Assembly: GCA_947599835.1 (NCBI GenBank)
Contig: CANQFQ010000007.1
Coordinates: 2,972-66,971 of the forward strand
Direction: 5' to 3'
DNA length: 64,000 bases
Origin: an uncultured Bacilli bacterium
Lineage (GTDB): Bacteria; Bacillota_I; Bacilli_A; RFN20; CAG-631
This document shows positions 27,971-38,054 of the stretch, one piece after another (position 1 is the first letter of the stretch; every line of letters begins with the position of its first letter). The notes below the pieces were generated by a model, which saw only the letters and a list, made by a program, of their open reading frames with translations, did not search any database and was not told the DNA's origin. The position numbers and the translations under genes were made by a program.

Positions 27971-29974
27971 GTGTTAAGAAAAATTGCTCAGCATAAAATT
28001 AGAATTATCATTTCTTTTTTGTTTGATTTTCTAATTGGGGTTGGCCTCACCATATTTATTTTTATACATGGGATAACAAAAAAATATGATTTATATATTC
28101 TTTGTGGCTATTTTTTATTAGTCATTCTTCATAGTTTTATTAATATTTTAATTTCAATCAAAAAAACAGAAAAATTCCTTATTCGATCGGATATTAATAT
28201 TTCTTCAGTGTTTGGAAATGAAATGAGTTCATTATTTGATTTTGGCGATGTAGCAATGCTGATTTATAACGAAGAAGATGAAATTATTTGGTGTAGTAAT
28301 ACTACCATGTTTAAAAAAACTAGTGTCGTTGGAAAAAACATTTATGACATTGTAGAAAATATGGCTGGTTATTTGGAAGAAAATTTAAAATCTGAAAACA
28401 TTACCACGACTATTGATGGAAAAATATTTGCTGTAGGAATTAACAAAGGCTTACATGTTATTTATTTAAAGGAAATCACTGATGAAGTTTATCAACGCAA
28501 GTCAATGAATGAAAATGCTCCTTTTATTGGATATATTGTAATTGATAACTATCAAGATATTATGACTTTATATAATGAAGCAGAGTTTCTAACCAAAGTA
28601 AACAATTTAAAAAATACCATTATGGAATGGGCAAATAATTATCATTTATTTATTCGTGCTTGTGGTGTTGATACTTATATTATTTTAGGAGAAGAAAAAA
28701 AATATCAAGAAATTAAAGAAACGAAGTTTAAATTGTTAGATGATATCCGTTCAGCCGTTGATAATGAAGAAAATGCACTGACAATCAGTGTAGGAATTGG
28801 TAAAGGTCAAACTTCTATTTTAAGATTATCTGAACTTGCTTATCGGGCTTTAAATATGGCTCTAAGCCGCGGCGGAAATCAAGTCATTATCAACACTTTT
28901 GGTAAGGCAAGTGAATATTTTGGAGCTAAAACAGAAATTAAACAAGTTCGTTCTCACGTTCGGGGTCGTGTATTATCTGTTGCAATTACAAACTTAATTA
29001 AAGAAAGCAACACCGTACTGATTATGGGGCATAAAAATATGGACTATGATGCGTTGGGAGCTTGTTTGGGTATGCAATGTTTGGCTAGCGGCATCAACCC
29101 ATCGGGTCAAAATCTAATTGTCTATGACGCTAATTTAGTAGACCTCAATACTAGACGAAATTTTGATGATGTATTTTCTCAAACCGAAATTGCAAAATTG
29201 ACTGTCTCTCCAGACAAAGCCATCGGTTTAGTGGATGATAAAACATTAATTATTGTGGTTGACACAAATCGTCCTGCATCTACAATGCAACCTAAATTAT
29301 TAGATATTAGCAAACGCATATGTGTGATTGATCATCATCGCAAATCTGAAACTTATATTGAAGATCCAATTTATTCTTATCAAGAAACACAATCCAGTTC
29401 ATCTTGCGAATTAGTTACTGAACTTTTATATTTTCAACAAGAAAAAATTAAAATATCACCTGACGTCGCAAATTTTATGTTAGCTGGTATTTGTTTAGAT
29501 ACAAAGTTTTTCAAAATGAATACAAGTAGTAAAACATTTGAAATGAGTATGATTCTTAAAAATTATAATGCAACCGTTGAAGAGGTTGATGAATTATTTA
29601 AGGAAGAATATGAAGAAAAAATGTTATTAATCGGCATTGTCAATAGAGGCGAAGTGTTTAAAACAGGCATTATCATTGCTACAGCTTCAGATGAATATAC
29701 GGTCTCTCGATCGATATTAGCTCAAGCTGCGGAAGATATTCTAAACTCCAAAGGAATAAATGCTGCATTTGTCATTGGTCGAACTGCAGATAAACAAGTC
29801 GGTATTAGTGCTCGATCCAAAGCAACATTTAATGTTCAAATTATTATGGAAAAAATGGGTGGCGGTGGACATTTTAATGCGGCTGCCACACAAATTAACG
29901 GAACTACAATTCCTGATGTCTGTGAACAATTAAAAGGAAACATTGAAACCTTTGTTAGAGATGGTGTGTTATAA
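27971..29974 (+). CDS. gdpP: Cyclic-di-AMP phosphodiesterase GdpP (TM-PAS-degenerate GGDEF-DHH/DHHA1)
   Basis: Two N-terminal TM helices, a DHH motif (VIDHHR) and DHHA1 GGGGH (GGGGHFNAAA). Conserved position before rplI-dnaB. AAGAGGTGA SD with a GTG start at 27971. Confidence 0.8.
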   Translation: MLRKIAQHKIRIIISFLFDFLIGVGLTIFIFIHGITKKYDLYILCGYFLLVILHSFINILISIKKTEKFLIRSDINISSVFGNEMSSLFDFGDVAMLIYNEEDEIIWCSNTTMFKKTSVVGKNIYDIVENMAGYLEENLKSENITTTIDGKIFAVGINKGLHVIYLKEITDEVYQRKSMNENAPFIGYIVIDNYQDIMTLYNEAEFLTKVNNLKNTIMEWANNYHLFIRACGVDTYIILGEEKKYQEIKETKFKLLDDIRSAVDNEENALTISVGIGKGQTSILRLSELAYRALNMALSRGGNQVIINTFGKASEYFGAKTEIKQVRSHVRGRVLSVAITNLIKESNTVLIMGHKNMDYDALGACLGMQCLASGINPSGQNLIVYDANLVDLNTRRNFDDVFSQTEIAKLTVSPDKAIGLVDDKTLIIVVDTNRPASTMQPKLLDISKRICVIDHHRKSETYIEDPIYSYQETQSSSSCELVTELLYFQQEKIKISPDVANFMLAGICLDTKFFKMNTSSKTFEMSMILKNYNATVEEVDELFKEEYEEKMLLIGIVNRGEVFKTGIIIATASDEYTVSRSILAQAAEDILNSKGINAAFVIGRTADKQVGISARSKATFNVQIIMEKMGGGGHFNAAATQINGTTIPDVCEQLKGNIETFVRDGVL

Positions 29975-29992
29975 AAAAGGAGGAACGTTACT

Positions 29993-30439
29993 ATGAAAGT
30001 AATCTTACTAAAAGACGTTGCAAAAGTTGGCAAAAAAGATGATATTGTCGACGTTTCAGAAGGCTATGCCACAAATTTTTTAATCAAAAAAGGGCTTGCA
30101 CAAAATTATAATAAAAGCTCTTTAAATGATTTAAATCATAAAAAAGAAGAGGAAAGAAAATTAGACCTTAAAAAGCGTGAAGAAGCAATGGAATTAAAAA
30201 CTAAAATTGAAAAAATCATTTTAACTTTCGAAGTTTCTTCTAATAATAAAGAACAACTTCATCATGCCATTACTTCTAAAATGATAGAAAACGAATTCAA
30301 AGAAAAATACGATATTACGATTGACAAACATAACATTAAAAATTTCACTCCTTTAAAAACAACGGGTGAAGCCACTTTTAAAGTTGTTTTGTATAAGGAA
30401 ATTATCGCTCAAATTCATATTAATGTCATTTTCAATTAA
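29993..30439 (+). CDS. rplI: 50S ribosomal protein L9
   Basis: [26 protein letters not shown]. Confidence 0.9.
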   Translation: MKVILLKDVAKVGKKDDIVDVSEGYATNFLIKKGLAQNYNKSSLNDLNHKKEEERKLDLKKREEAMELKTKIEKIILTFEVSSNNKEQLHHAITSKMIENEFKEKYDITIDKHNIKNFTPLKTTGEATFKVVLYKEIIAQIHINVIFN

Positions 30440-30454
30440 AAGGAGGTTATATTC

Positions 30455-31948
30455 ATGGATTTGCCAAATAATCTAGATGTCGAAAAACAAGTATTGGCCA
30501 ACATGATTTTTTCAAAAGATGTTTTAATCGAAACCATGACTAGATTAAATAGTGAAGATTTCTATTATGAACCTCATCAAATTATTTTCCAAACTTTAAT
30601 TAACATTTTTAAACAAGAAAACGTTAAAATAGAACCTTCTGTTTTAATCGATCGTTTGTCTATTGAAAATAATCTTGAAAAAATTGGAGATGCTAACTAT
30701 ATTATTGAACTATGCGATTCTTTTATTGATATTAGCAACGCACAATATTATATTAATGCAGTTCAAGAGCGTTCAATTTTAAGAAATTTAATCATCCTTT
30801 GTAATAAAGTCGTCACCAATTGGAAAACAGAACTTTCTGATTTAGATGTTGCAGATTATATTAACAAAATTGAAAAAGAAACTTTAGAAGTTACTAAAAA
30901 AAGAAAAATTGAAAATTTTGTTAAAATGGATCAAGCCTTAAAGCAATATGCCTTAAGAACACAAGATATACTAAGTGGCAAAGATAATTTCGAAGGTATC
31001 CTATGTTCAAGTATCCCTACGTTAAACAAAATGACTCTTGGTTTTCATCCTGGAGAATTAATTATCCTTGCTGCTAGACCTGGTGAAGGAAAATCAGCTT
31101 TAGCATTAAATTTGTTAGTTGAGGGCATTGAACGTAGTAAAAAAGTGGGTGTCATGTTTAGTCTTGAAATGCCCGTTTTGCAATTGACGCAAAGAATGCT
31201 TGCCTCTAAAAGTGGCGTGGATTTAAGAAAAATTCAAACCGCTTCGTTTAATCGAGAAGAAGAAGCAAGAGTTAGTAGTGCCATTCGTAAATTGCAAGAT
31301 CTAAGAATCTTTATAGATGAAACACCTAGAGCAAAAGTCATAGATATGCGTGCTAAACTACAAAAATTACAATCGGCTGAAGGCGATATCGGTTTTATTG
31401 TGGTCGATTACTTAGGTTTAATTGCTCCCGATTTTCCAACTAGAGGCATAAGCAATCGTGTATTAGAATTAGGTGAAATTACCGCCAATTTAAGAGCGAT
31501 TGCAAAAGATTTTAATGCTCCTATTCTTGTCCTTGCCCAATTAAACAGAAATGCCGAACAAGACAGTAAAAATAGCGAGCCTAAATTATCAAATCTTCGT
31601 GAATCCGGTGCAATTGAACAAGATGCTGATGTCGTTTTATTTATCCAAAAATTAGAATTAAAAGATAAGCCATCGACATCTACAAATCCAAACGAAAATA
31701 CCAAAAACCAACAACAAAATAATTCAGAAAGCACTAATGCTTCATCTCAAAAGGATTCAAATGCAACAGCAAACACAAACAAAGATGCAAAAGAGAAAAA
31801 TGTTATCACCGCTGTCAATTTAATTATTGCTAAACAAAGAAATGGTTCTACCGGTAAAATTCCAGTTCGTTTTGTTAAAAATCTAGGCCGTTTTATTGAA
31901 TATGATAAAGATGCTTCTCTTTTAAATATTGAAAATGTTGAGGAATAA
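30455..31948 (+). CDS. dnaB: Replicative DNA helicase (DnaB/DnaC) with a low-complexity insertion
   Basis: Walker A ARPGEGKSALALNL; DnaB C-terminal motifs (ESGAIEQDADVV, IAKQRNG). Confidence 0.9.
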   Translation: MDLPNNLDVEKQVLANMIFSKDVLIETMTRLNSEDFYYEPHQIIFQTLINIFKQENVKIEPSVLIDRLSIENNLEKIGDANYIIELCDSFIDISNAQYYINAVQERSILRNLIILCNKVVTNWKTELSDLDVADYINKIEKETLEVTKKRKIENFVKMDQALKQYALRTQDILSGKDNFEGILCSSIPTLNKMTLGFHPGELIILAARPGEGKSALALNLLVEGIERSKKVGVMFSLEMPVLQLTQRMLASKSGVDLRKIQTASFNREEEARVSSAIRKLQDLRIFIDETPRAKVIDMRAKLQKLQSAEGDIGFIVVDYLGLIAPDFPTRGISNRVLELGEITANLRAIAKDFNAPILVLAQLNRNAEQDSKNSEPKLSNLRESGAIEQDADVVLFIQKLELKDKPSTSTNPNENTKNQQQNNSESTNASSQKDSNATANTNKDAKEKNVITAVNLIIAKQRNGSTGKIPVRFVKNLGRFIEYDKDASLLNIENVEE

Positions 31949-31952
31949 AAGT

Positions 31953-32735
31953 ATGAAATATTATGTTCTTTCTAGCGGTTCTAAAGGAAATAGTACTGCT
32001 TTTGTAAACGAAAATGATGAAATCTTGCTAGTAGATTGTGGGTTAACTGTTGTTGAACTGAAAAGACGATTCACGCAAGCGCATTTATCATTTGATCAAA
32101 TAAAAGCTGTATTTATTACACATACACATAGCGATCATTGTTCTGCTTTAAAAGCTTTTTCTAAAAATATCATTTATGCTCATAAGTTGTCAGGATTAGA
32201 CATCCCAGAGGATCATCAGTTATGTGATTACGATGATGTAAATATTTTAGGTTTTAATCTATTGGTTTTGCCTATGTCGCACGATGCGACAGGAACCTTG
32301 GGCTTTTTGATGAATTATCAAAATGAAAAACTGGCTTATATTACAGATACAGGATATTTACACATACAAATTCAACGAAGCATTAATAATTGTGATTATT
32401 ATTTAATTGAAAGTAATTATGACCCTAGAATGTTAATGCTTTCTAATCGTCCGCAATATTTGAAACAAAGGATTTTATCGATAAAAGGCCATTTATCGAA
32501 TATGGATTGTGCCGTTGTTTTAGCAAATGTTATTGGACCAAAAACAAAAGAAATCTGTTTTATTCATCGAAGTCTAGAAACAAATACAGAAGCATTATTA
32601 TTACAAACATTTTTTAATGTCATGAAAGAAAAAGATATAGATATTTCACATCTTAAAATTGGTATTGCAAAGCAAGATCGTTCTTTGGAAAGAGAGGACT
32701 TTTATGAATCAAAAAAACAAGGACAAACATCCTAA
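31953..32735 (+). CDS. MBL-fold metallo-hydrolase, YycJ/WalJ/VicX-like
   Basis: HTHSDH metal-binding motif; YVLSSGSKGNSTAF N-terminus typical of YycJ. GAGGAA SD before the ATG at 31953. Confidence 0.7.
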   Translation: MKYYVLSSGSKGNSTAFVNENDEILLVDCGLTVVELKRRFTQAHLSFDQIKAVFITHTHSDHCSALKAFSKNIIYAHKLSGLDIPEDHQLCDYDDVNILGFNLLVLPMSHDATGTLGFLMNYQNEKLAYITDTGYLHIQIQRSINNCDYYLIESNYDPRMLMLSNRPQYLKQRILSIKGHLSNMDCAVVLANVIGPKTKEICFIHRSLETNTEALLLQTFFNVMKEKDIDISHLKIGIAKQDRSLEREDFYESKKQGQTS

Positions 32736-33648
32736 AATTGGTTTGGTTTTGGGTGGTGGCGGTGCCAAAGGAGCCTTTCAGGCAGGAGTTCTCAAAGCTT
32801 TAAAAGAAGCCAACATTTTACAACAAGTTACCCATGTTTCAGCTAATTCTATTGGCTCTATTAACGCTTTAATGGTAATCAATGACACCATTGAAGAATG
32901 TGAACAAATATGGCGTACAATTGGCCGTAAAGATGCTTTAAAGTTTCGGTCAAAAGGAGAAAAAGGCATTTTTTCAAGAAAAGGATTAATCCGTATTTTA
33001 AAAGATGCTGTAGATTTTGAACAAATTTCCAAGTCCAATCGAAAATTATATATTACTGCTTACAATAACGACTTAGAAAAAATTGAATATTTTTTAGCTA
33101 ACGACAAAACGCCAGATGAAATTTTATCATATGTTTTAGCAAGTTCCGCAATTCCTTATGTTTATGGGGCGGTACAAATTGGCAACTATAAATATAGTGA
33201 CGGCTTTCGTGATAACGTACCTATTAGGGCCCTTAAAAATGCGGGCTGTGACGTCATTATTGTAATTGGTTTACGTCCTGAATACCATCCTTCACCAGAA
33301 GAATTGGGTGATATTTCAGTTATAGATTTTACACCCTGTTTTCCTTTAGGAATTGGCAAATTTGATTCTCTAGATTTTAAACCGGAAAATATTGAATTTC
33401 GTATTACAAACGGATATGCTTTTGCTAAAAAAGTATTGGAAAATATTAAAAATGATCCTAAAAACCCTTTTTATGAGGAAAGCTTTTTAAAGAAATTCTT
33501 TAAGAAATTCTTTAAAACTTCAATCAGTTATAACGCTTTTCCAAATTATTATTATCGATTAGGAAATTTTCAACCTATGGGATATCTCAAAGAAGATAAA
33601 TCTGCAAAAGAAGAAATTTTATCTATTATAAAAGAAAATCAAGAATGA
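32704..33648 (+). CDS. Patatin-like phospholipase
   Basis: GGGAKGAFQAGVL oxyanion motif, ANSIGS nucleophile elbow, DGF (DGA/G-type) aspartate motif. AGAGAGGA SD before the ATG at 32704. Confidence 0.75.
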   Translation: MNQKNKDKHPKIGLVLGGGGAKGAFQAGVLKALKEANILQQVTHVSANSIGSINALMVINDTIEECEQIWRTIGRKDALKFRSKGEKGIFSRKGLIRILKDAVDFEQISKSNRKLYITAYNNDLEKIEYFLANDKTPDEILSYVLASSAIPYVYGAVQIGNYKYSDGFRDNVPIRALKNAGCDVIIVIGLRPEYHPSPEELGDISVIDFTPCFPLGIGKFDSLDFKPENIEFRITNGYAFAKKVLENIKNDPKNPFYEESFLKKFFKKFFKTSISYNAFPNYYYRLGNFQPMGYLKEDKSAKEEILSIIKENQE

Positions 33649-33711
33649 TTTTCTTTTTTTTATAGTATTTTCTTTTTGTTTTTTGTATACTATTTGTGCA
33701 AGGTGAACAAA

Positions 33712-34266
33712 ATGAAACAATCCAAAGCATTATTAAAAATAGAAAACGAATCCTTAAAAACAGAAATAGAAATTTTGTTAGAAGAGCGATTTAATCATCA
33801 AATTAATTTTGAATGGAATAAAAACATCGCTCAAATCACTGTTTTTGATTGTGATAGTTTTGTTTATGTGTTAAAGCAGGCCATTTTAATGATGATTAGT
33901 GACTATGGTATCGCAATTTCTTGCTTTGTAGTTCCTAATTTTCATCCTGTTTTTTATTCTTATCTTTTTTTAATTCACAATGATGTAATGACTGCTTTTG
34001 AAATTTTTTTACAAAATTATAATCATGAAAAAGTTAAAAAAGATATGCAATCTTTATTACAAAATATCAAAAAAGAATATTTAGAAACCGCAAATGTTTT
34101 TTTAAATTGCAACATGAACGCCTCTCAAGCTTCTAAAGAATTGTATTTACATCGTAATTCTTTTAATTATAGATTAAATCAATTTATGGAAAAAAGTAAT
34201 ATGGATATTCGCGACCTTGACACCGCATTTTTTTTAAAATTAATTTTTGCTAGTTATTTATTTTAA
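33712..34266 (+). CDS. Hypothetical protein with a PucR/CdaR-type C-terminal HTH
   Basis: C-terminal LHRNSFNYRLNQFMEKSNMDIRDLD resembles the PucR_C HTH (LHIHRNTLRYRL). AAGGTGA SD. Confidence 0.45.
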   Translation: MKQSKALLKIENESLKTEIEILLEERFNHQINFEWNKNIAQITVFDCDSFVYVLKQAILMMISDYGIAISCFVVPNFHPVFYSYLFLIHNDVMTAFEIFLQNYNHEKVKKDMQSLLQNIKKEYLETANVFLNCNMNASQASKELYLHRNSFNYRLNQFMEKSNMDIRDLDTAFFLKLIFASYLF

Positions 34267-34287
34267 ATTTGTGCACATTGCACAAAT
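34267..34287. promoter_or_regulatory. Perfect palindrome ATTTGTGCA-cat-TGCACAAAT (candidate operator)
   Basis: 9-bp inverted-repeat arms with a 3-bp spacer, immediately after the PucR-like stop and about 50 nt upstream of the MsmK-like ATPase. No T-run follows. Confidence 0.3.
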
Positions 34288-34337
34288 AAATATAACGCAA
34301 AATAGATTATAATTAAAAAGTAAAAGGAGAATAGTAT

Positions 34338-35531
34338 ATGGCTACATTAAAATTTAAAGATATTAATAAAATTTATGACAACAAAGTACAAGCCGTTTTC
34401 GATTTTAACTTAGATGTTGATGATCATGAATTCATCGTTTTCGTAGGTCCTTCTGGTTGTGGTAAATCAACCACTCTAAGAATGGTTGCTGGACTTGAAG
34501 AAATTACAAGCGGTGAATTATATATTAACAATCGTTTGGTCAATGATATTGCGCCAAAAGATAGAGACATCGCAATGGTATTCCAAAGTTATGCATTATA
34601 CCCTCACATGACAGTGTATGATAATATGGCTTTCGGCCTTAAACTTCGTAAAATCCCTAAAGAAGAAATTGAAAGACGTGTGAACGAAGTTGCTGCTATT
34701 TTAGGTCTTGAACCTTACTTGAACAGAAGACCTAAAGCTTTGTCAGGTGGTCAAAGACAACGTGTTGCTTTGGGTAGAGCTATTGTACGTCACCCAAAAG
34801 TATTCTTAATGGACGAACCTTTATCTAACCTAGATGCTAAACTTCGTGTTCAAATGAGATCTGAAATTATTAAAATTCACGAACGTGTTGGTGCAACTAC
34901 GATTTATGTAACACACGACCAAACCGAAGCTATGACAATGGCAACTCGAATCGTCGTTATGAAAGATGGTTATATTCAACAAATTGGTACTCCAAAAGAA
35001 GTTTATAATAATCCTGCAAACATTTTTGTCGGTGGATTTATTGGCTCCCCTGCAATGAACTTTTTGAAGGGTAAATATATTGGCGATTATTTTGAAATTG
35101 AAGGTTCTAAAACCGAAAGAACTATTCGCATTTACATTCCAAAAGAATTAAGACCTAATATTCAAGGTTATGAAAACGAAGAAGTTATTTTAGGTATTCG
35201 TCCTGAAGATATTCATATTGATGGTCCAATTGCTGAAAAGTATAAAACATCTTCTACTGTCGTAGAATGTGATGTTGTAGAATTATTGGGTCATGAATTA
35301 ATCGTTTATGGTTATATGAACGGACAACGGATCATCGTTAAAACTTCTGCTAACAACGACATTCAAGTTCATGATAAAGTTAATTTCGCATTTGATATGA
35401 ATAAAGTTCACTTCTTTGATCCAACAACTACAGAAGTTTTAGTTGCTAAAAAAGAAAAAATTGGTTTAAAAAAAGCTAAAGAAGAAAACAAAGAAGAAAC
35501 TACAGATCAAGCCACAGATGCTAAAAAATAA
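34338..35531 (+). CDS. Sugar ABC-transporter ATPase, MsmK/MsmX/MalK family (orphan)
   Basis: Walker A GPSGCGKST, LSGGQRQR, Walker B FLMDEPLSNLD, plus a C-terminal TOBE-like regulatory domain. AAGGAG SD. Confidence 0.85.
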   Translation: MATLKFKDINKIYDNKVQAVFDFNLDVDDHEFIVFVGPSGCGKSTTLRMVAGLEEITSGELYINNRLVNDIAPKDRDIAMVFQSYALYPHMTVYDNMAFGLKLRKIPKEEIERRVNEVAAILGLEPYLNRRPKALSGGQRQRVALGRAIVRHPKVFLMDEPLSNLDAKLRVQMRSEIIKIHERVGATTIYVTHDQTEAMTMATRIVVMKDGYIQQIGTPKEVYNNPANIFVGGFIGSPAMNFLKGKYIGDYFEIEGSKTERTIRIYIPKELRPNIQGYENEEVILGIRPEDIHIDGPIAEKYKTSSTVVECDVVELLGHELIVYGYMNGQRIIVKTSANNDIQVHDKVNFAFDMNKVHFFDPTTTEVLVAKKEKIGLKKAKEENKEETTDQATDAKK

Positions 35532-35595
35532 CAAATAAATCATTCATAAGAAACATAAGGGCAATAAAATTGCCCTTTTTTAAAGGTGAGAAAAA

Positions 35596-37455
35596 ATGGC
35601 AATTTTAAGTGTAACTGATTTAACCAAAAGTTATGGTGATAAAACTGTTTTATCACACGTTACTTTTGCTATTAACAAAAATGATAAAGTTGCTATTGTT
35701 GGTGATAATGGCGAAGGGAAAAGTACGCTTTTAAAAATCTTAACCAGAGAAATTCCTTGCGATTCTGGTTCGATTTATTTTGAATCAAACGCTTCATTGG
35801 GTTATTTAAGTCAAGAAGTGATTACGAATTTAGATCATACTTTACTCGAAGAAATGAAAATCGCTTTTTTACCTCTCATTAAAATGGAAGAAAATTTGGC
35901 TGTTTTACTCGATCAAATGAATCGTTTCCCAACAAGTGAAAATATCAAAAAATATACTTCTTTAGAAGAGCAATTCCAAATGCTTGGAGGTTATGATTAT
36001 TCTTATAAAATTGAAATGCTATTAAACAAATTTGGTTTTAACAAATCATATTATCACAGAAAAATTTCTAGTTTTTCTGGTGGTGAACGAACCAGAGCAA
36101 GTTTTGTAAAATTATTATTAAATAATCCAAATATTTTACTTCTTGATGAACCCACAAATCATCTTGATTTAATTATGATTGAATGGCTAGAAAAATATTT
36201 AAAGACTTATTCTGGAACCGTTATTATCGTTTCTCACGATAGAACTTTTATTGATAATTTTGCCAATAAAATTCTAGCTATTGAAAATCATAAATGTGAA
36301 TTATTTACTGGTAATTATGAAACTTATAGCAAAGAAAAAATTTTGCGTTATGAACAGCTTCTAAAACAATATCGTTTACAAGAAAAAGAAATTCAACGTT
36401 ACGAAATGCTCATTCGGAAATTTAAACCAAAGCCGACCAAAACATCTTTTGCCGCTTCACTCGAAAAAAAACTAAGCAAAATGGAAAGAATAGAAAAGCC
36501 GAAAGAAAACAAAAAAACAATTAAAGCCCATTTTGATACGCTTTTAACTCATCGAGTCATTCTTCATGCTTGCAAAGATTTAACCTTTGGCTATAATGAA
36601 ATTCCTTTAACTGAACCACTAAATCTTGAAATTTATAATCAAGATAAAATTTGTATCATGGGACAAAATGGTTGTGGAAAATCAACATTAATTCAATGTC
36701 TGATGAACGACGCTCATAAATTATCCGGTATAAACGATGATTTTAGAAAATTTTCTTTTTTCTATTTTGATCAAAACCAAGAAATATTAAATCCGCAAAT
36801 GACATTATTTGATACCATTCAAAGTGAGTTCCCTTTAATGACAAATACTGAGGTTAGAACTTTATTAGGACGTTTTTTATTTTATGAAGATGATGCTTTT
36901 AAATTCGTATCAAATCTTAGTGGTGGAGAAAAAATGCGACTCATATTTGCTCTTATCACTTTACGGAAATATGAAGTTTTGTATCTTGACGAACCCACAA
37001 ATCACTTGGATTTTTCGACCAAGCAAGTTATTGCAGATATCTTAGAAGAATATCAAGGAACCATTATTATGGTAAGCCACGATCGATATTTTATCAATCG
37101 TGTAGCGAATAAAATTATATATATTCAAAATAAGCATTTTATTATTGAAGAAGGGAATTATTCTCATTTTATTGAACTTCATGAAATTGAAAACAATCAT
37201 TTTATGCTAAATACACCGAAGAAAAAGGATAAAAACTCCAATTTTGTTCAAAAAAATAAAGATAATAAAAAAGAAAAAAGTCAAATTGAATTAAAAATCA
37301 ATCAAATTGAACAGCAAATTCAAGAATTACAAGGACAAATGAACGATGTTGAAACACAATATCATTGGAGTGAATACCAAGAAATGTCAAATAAAATTGA
37401 AACACTCGAAAATGAATTGTATGATTTATTAATAAAACTTGATAATCTTAAATAA
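35596..37455 (+). CDS. ABC-F family protein (two ABC domains, long linker, coiled-coil C-terminal domain)
   Basis: Two Walker A motifs (GDNGEGKST, GQNGCGKST) and two LSGGE signatures; no TM region. Uup/YfmR-like architecture. Confidence 0.85.
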   Translation: MAILSVTDLTKSYGDKTVLSHVTFAINKNDKVAIVGDNGEGKSTLLKILTREIPCDSGSIYFESNASLGYLSQEVITNLDHTLLEEMKIAFLPLIKMEENLAVLLDQMNRFPTSENIKKYTSLEEQFQMLGGYDYSYKIEMLLNKFGFNKSYYHRKISSFSGGERTRASFVKLLLNNPNILLLDEPTNHLDLIMIEWLEKYLKTYSGTVIIVSHDRTFIDNFANKILAIENHKCELFTGNYETYSKEKILRYEQLLKQYRLQEKEIQRYEMLIRKFKPKPTKTSFAASLEKKLSKMERIEKPKENKKTIKAHFDTLLTHRVILHACKDLTFGYNEIPLTEPLNLEIYNQDKICIMGQNGCGKSTLIQCLMNDAHKLSGINDDFRKFSFFYFDQNQEILNPQMTLFDTIQSEFPLMTNTEVRTLLGRFLFYEDDAFKFVSNLSGGEKMRLIFALITLRKYEVLYLDEPTNHLDFSTKQVIADILEEYQGTIIMVSHDRYFINRVANKIIYIQNKHFIIEEGNYSHFIELHEIENNHFMLNTPKKKDKNSNFVQKNKDNKKEKSQIELKINQIEQQIQELQGQMNDVETQYHWSEYQEMSNKIETLENELYDLLIKLDNLK

Positions 37456-37519
37456 TTTTAAGTTTATTTTTACATGAATTTGTAATATAATGTTATCAAT
37501 TAGATGAGGTGAAATGAAT

Positions 37520-38002
37520 ATGGTTGAAGCCGAAAAAATATTATTAACCAAAAAGGGTGTTGAAGAATTACAAGAAGAGTTTCGTAATTTGATTGATGTT
37601 GTTCGCCCTAATGTAATTAAAGATTTACAAGAAGCAAGAGCACAAGGTGACTTATCTGAAAATGCGGATTATGATGCTGCTCGTGCACGTCAAGCAGAAG
37701 TTGAAGCACGAATTAAAGAAATTGAACACATTCTTGCTAATGTAACTATTATTGATGATAATAAAAAAGGCAGAGCACAAAAAAGAATTCACGTTGGTTC
37801 AACGGTTACCTATTTAGATTTAGCTGATAACGCTGAATATACAGTAACTATTGTTGGTTCTGTTGAAACAGATCCAATTAATGGTAAAATTTCCAATGAA
37901 TCCGCCCTTGGTGTTGCTTTAATTGGAAAAGAACTTTCTAATAAAGAAATTGATGTGCAAAGTGAAGTTCCTTATAAAATTATTATAAAATCGATAGAGT
38001 AA
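37520..38002 (+). CDS. greA: Transcription elongation factor GreA
   Basis: N-terminal coiled-coil and C-terminal FKBP-like domain characteristic of GreA. The GAGGTG SD is spaced for the ATG at 37520. Confidence 0.85.
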   Translation: MVEAEKILLTKKGVEELQEEFRNLIDVVRPNVIKDLQEARAQGDLSENADYDAARARQAEVEARIKEIEHILANVTIIDDNKKGRAQKRIHVGSTVTYLDLADNAEYTVTIVGSVETDPINGKISNESALGVALIGKELSNKEIDVQSEVPYKIIIKSIE

Positions 38003-38054
38003 ACATGTCATTTTTAAAAAACGATCACTATCATAATTACTGGAGGGATAATTT

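Noticed and set aside
31655-31800. DnaB insertion as an intein
   Set aside because: It is only ~45 aa, a low-complexity N/S/T/Q/K tract, with no Cys/Ser+1 and His-Asn splice-junction motifs and no endonuclease block.
32704-33648. Patatin-like phospholipase as a CBASS-type effector
   Set aside because: No CD-NTase/cyclase, HORMA/TRIP13 or E1/E2-like gene is nearby. The flanking genes are a YycJ-like hydrolase and a PucR-like HTH protein, which fits a housekeeping YlbK/YqhO-type patatin.
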